64,000 nucleotides of DNA from a virus. The stretch lies in the IMG/VR virus record IMGVR_UViG_3300035696_000041. The stretch is one strand, 5' to 3'. The position numbers and the translations under genes are program-made. The notes under the pieces were generated by a model. That model did not search any database. It was not told where the DNA came from and saw nothing but the letters and a program-made list of their open reading frames with translations. Below are positions 62,592-64,000 of the stretch, piece after piece (the first letter of the stretch is position 1; every line of letters starts with the position of its first letter).

Positions 62592-63884
62592 ATGGCTACC
62601 CTCGTAAAAGAAGTCCGCTTGATTATGGCCGAGAATGGGATTGACCCCAAAACTGGCCTGCCCCGCAACAACTACAAGTACTGGAACGCCAAGCTATTCG
62701 ACGATGGCAATTGGAGTGCCGAATGGGGGCGGGTTGGTTGCGAAACCCCCGACAGCGGAACTTGGAACGAGTCCAACAAGACGTTAGACTCGGTGGTTCG
62801 CTCCAAACTCAAGAAGGGCTACACCCACCAAAAGACCATCGGCGAGGCCGTTGCTTCTCCTGGTTCTGGCACCGTGGTCAAGAACACCGACCTTCACGCT
62901 ATCGCCAAGGCCCAAATTCTCAAGACTTCAAGCCCGACGTTGGACCGCCTCATTAAGCGGTTCGTGGACGCCAACGTCCACAAGATTACGACGAGCACCC
63001 AAATCACGTACAACAGCACCACGGGCTTGTTCACTACGCCTCTCGGCATTGTGACGATGGAAGGTCTGACCGATGCCCGTGACTTACTCGCCAAGTTGGC
63101 CCCCCGTGTCCGCTCCCGCAAGTTTGGTCCCGAGACCGACACCATTTTGTGTCAGTATCTCCGCATCATCCCCCAAGCCCTCGGCATGAAGCGGTACACC
63201 ACCGAGACCGTCATTCCCGACGACAACGCCTTGCAGAAGCAGAACGACTTGATTGACTCCCTCGAATCGAGCTACCAAGCCATGACTTCGGCCCCCAAGG
63301 CTCCGACCACCGCTGGTCAGACGCCCGCCGAGACTGTTTTCAAGGTGGACTTGGATGTTCTTAATGACCCCGCCGAGCGTCGTCGTTTGGAACAGTACTT
63401 CGAGAACAGCAAGAAACGCCAACACGGCTATGACAACGTGCGGGTGCGTGAAATCTTCAAAGTCACCATCCACGACATGGCCCGAGTTTTCGAATCCAAG
63501 ACCACTCCCATCAAGGAAGTGTTCCACGGCACGTCTCAAGCCAACTGCTTAAGCATCCTCAAGTCTGGCTTGAAGGTCAGCCCTCCGAGCACCGCAGCCA
63601 TTGCGGGCAAAATGTTCGGCAACGGCATCTACGGGGCCATCAACAGCACCAAGTCCCTTGGCTATACCTATGGCCGTTGGGGGCAAGGTGGAGTGGGCGA
63701 CTCGGGTTGGCTGTTCATATGCGACTTCGCAATGGGCCGCATCTACTCGACTCAATCCTCATGCGACAAGCCCTCGGGGTACGACTCCGTGTGGGCCAAG
63801 GCGGGATACAGCCTCAACAACGATGAGTTGATTGTGTATCGTAACTCGCAAGTCACCATTCGTTACTTACTGGAGTGCAAATAA
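62592..63884 (+). CDS. poly(ADP-ribose) polymerase-like ADP-ribosyltransferase with N-terminal WGR domain
   Basis: WGR motif WNAKLFDDGNWSAEWGRVG. Catalytic H-Y-E: VFHGTSQANCLSILKSGLKV, GNGIYGAINSTKSLGY, NNDELIVYRNSQVTIRYLLEC (compare human PARP1 NEYIVYDIAQVNLKYLL). Confidence 0.7.
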   Translation: MATLVKEVRLIMAENGIDPKTGLPRNNYKYWNAKLFDDGNWSAEWGRVGCETPDSGTWNESNKTLDSVVRSKLKKGYTHQKTIGEAVASPGSGTVVKNTDLHAIAKAQILKTSSPTLDRLIKRFVDANVHKITTSTQITYNSTTGLFTTPLGIVTMEGLTDARDLLAKLAPRVRSRKFGPETDTILCQYLRIIPQALGMKRYTTETVIPDDNALQKQNDLIDSLESSYQAMTSAPKAPTTAGQTPAETVFKVDLDVLNDPAERRRLEQYFENSKKRQHGYDNVRVREIFKVTIHDMARVFESKTTPIKEVFHGTSQANCLSILKSGLKVSPPSTAAIAGKMFGNGIYGAINSTKSLGYTYGRWGQGGVGDSGWLFICDFAMGRIYSTQSSCDKPSGYDSVWAKAGYSLNNDELIVYRNSQVTIRYLLECK

Positions 63885-63885
63885 C

Positions 63886-64000
63886 ATGCATACCCTCGGA
63901 CTGTATTTCGTTATCATTGGGATTCTCGGCTTCTTTTTGGGAATCGGCATCCACTGTTATGGATGGTCGAAACGTGATGCTGGATGGCTCACGGCGGGGC
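63886..64000 (+). CDS. membrane protein, 5' partial at window end
   Basis: MHTLGLYFVIIGILGFFLGIGIHCYGW. Runs off the window. Confidence 0.3.
   Translation, partial: MHTLGLYFVIIGILGFFLGIGIHCYGWSKRDAGWLTAG

Overview
This window reads as an accessory (non-structural) region of a large dsDNA bacteriophage. The evidence is rIIA/rIIB homologues, frd-td (DHFR/thymidylate synthase)-like gene pairing, DNA ligase, HNH/homing endonucleases, DEDDh exonucleases and a beta-class DNA methyltransferase. Nearly every gene from 88 to 61392 is on the minus strand, and the orientation switches to the plus strand at about 61.4 kb. Transcription appears to be driven by a repeated sigma70-type promoter (TTGACA, 16-17 nt spacer, extended -10 GTGnTAnnnT). 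In many cases the -10 element sits about 7 nt upstream of the ATG, which implies leaderless mRNAs. An outer-membrane beta-barrel protein and lipobox lipoproteins argue for a diderm host.

Notable content:
- A four-enzyme deamidated NAD+ salvage route: PncA, PncB, a NadM-Nudix fusion and a glutamine-dependent NadE. nadE is split by a 1321-bp IS200/IS605-family TnpB-only element.
- A second TnpB copy of about 1320 bp lies at 54.3-55.6 kb and truncates a DUF4326-like gene.
- An ADP-ribose toolkit: a macro domain, a Nudix domain and a WGR-PARP protein.
- Two vWA-domain proteins near Ser/Thr kinase(-like) proteins and a PP2C phosphatase, reminiscent of TerY-P triads. One kinase is fused to a DnaJ J-domain.
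- An rIIB protein fused to an acyl-carrier-protein domain.
- A ribosomal bL12 homologue, a Thg1-like 3'-5' polymerase and a PTH2 peptidyl-tRNA hydrolase.
- A calcineurin-like phosphoesterase interrupted by an in-frame TGA.
- A 1.3-kb ORF-poor segment next to a Ro60/TROVE-like vWA protein that may encode ncRNA.

No CRISPR array, rRNA or confidently identifiable tRNA was found.
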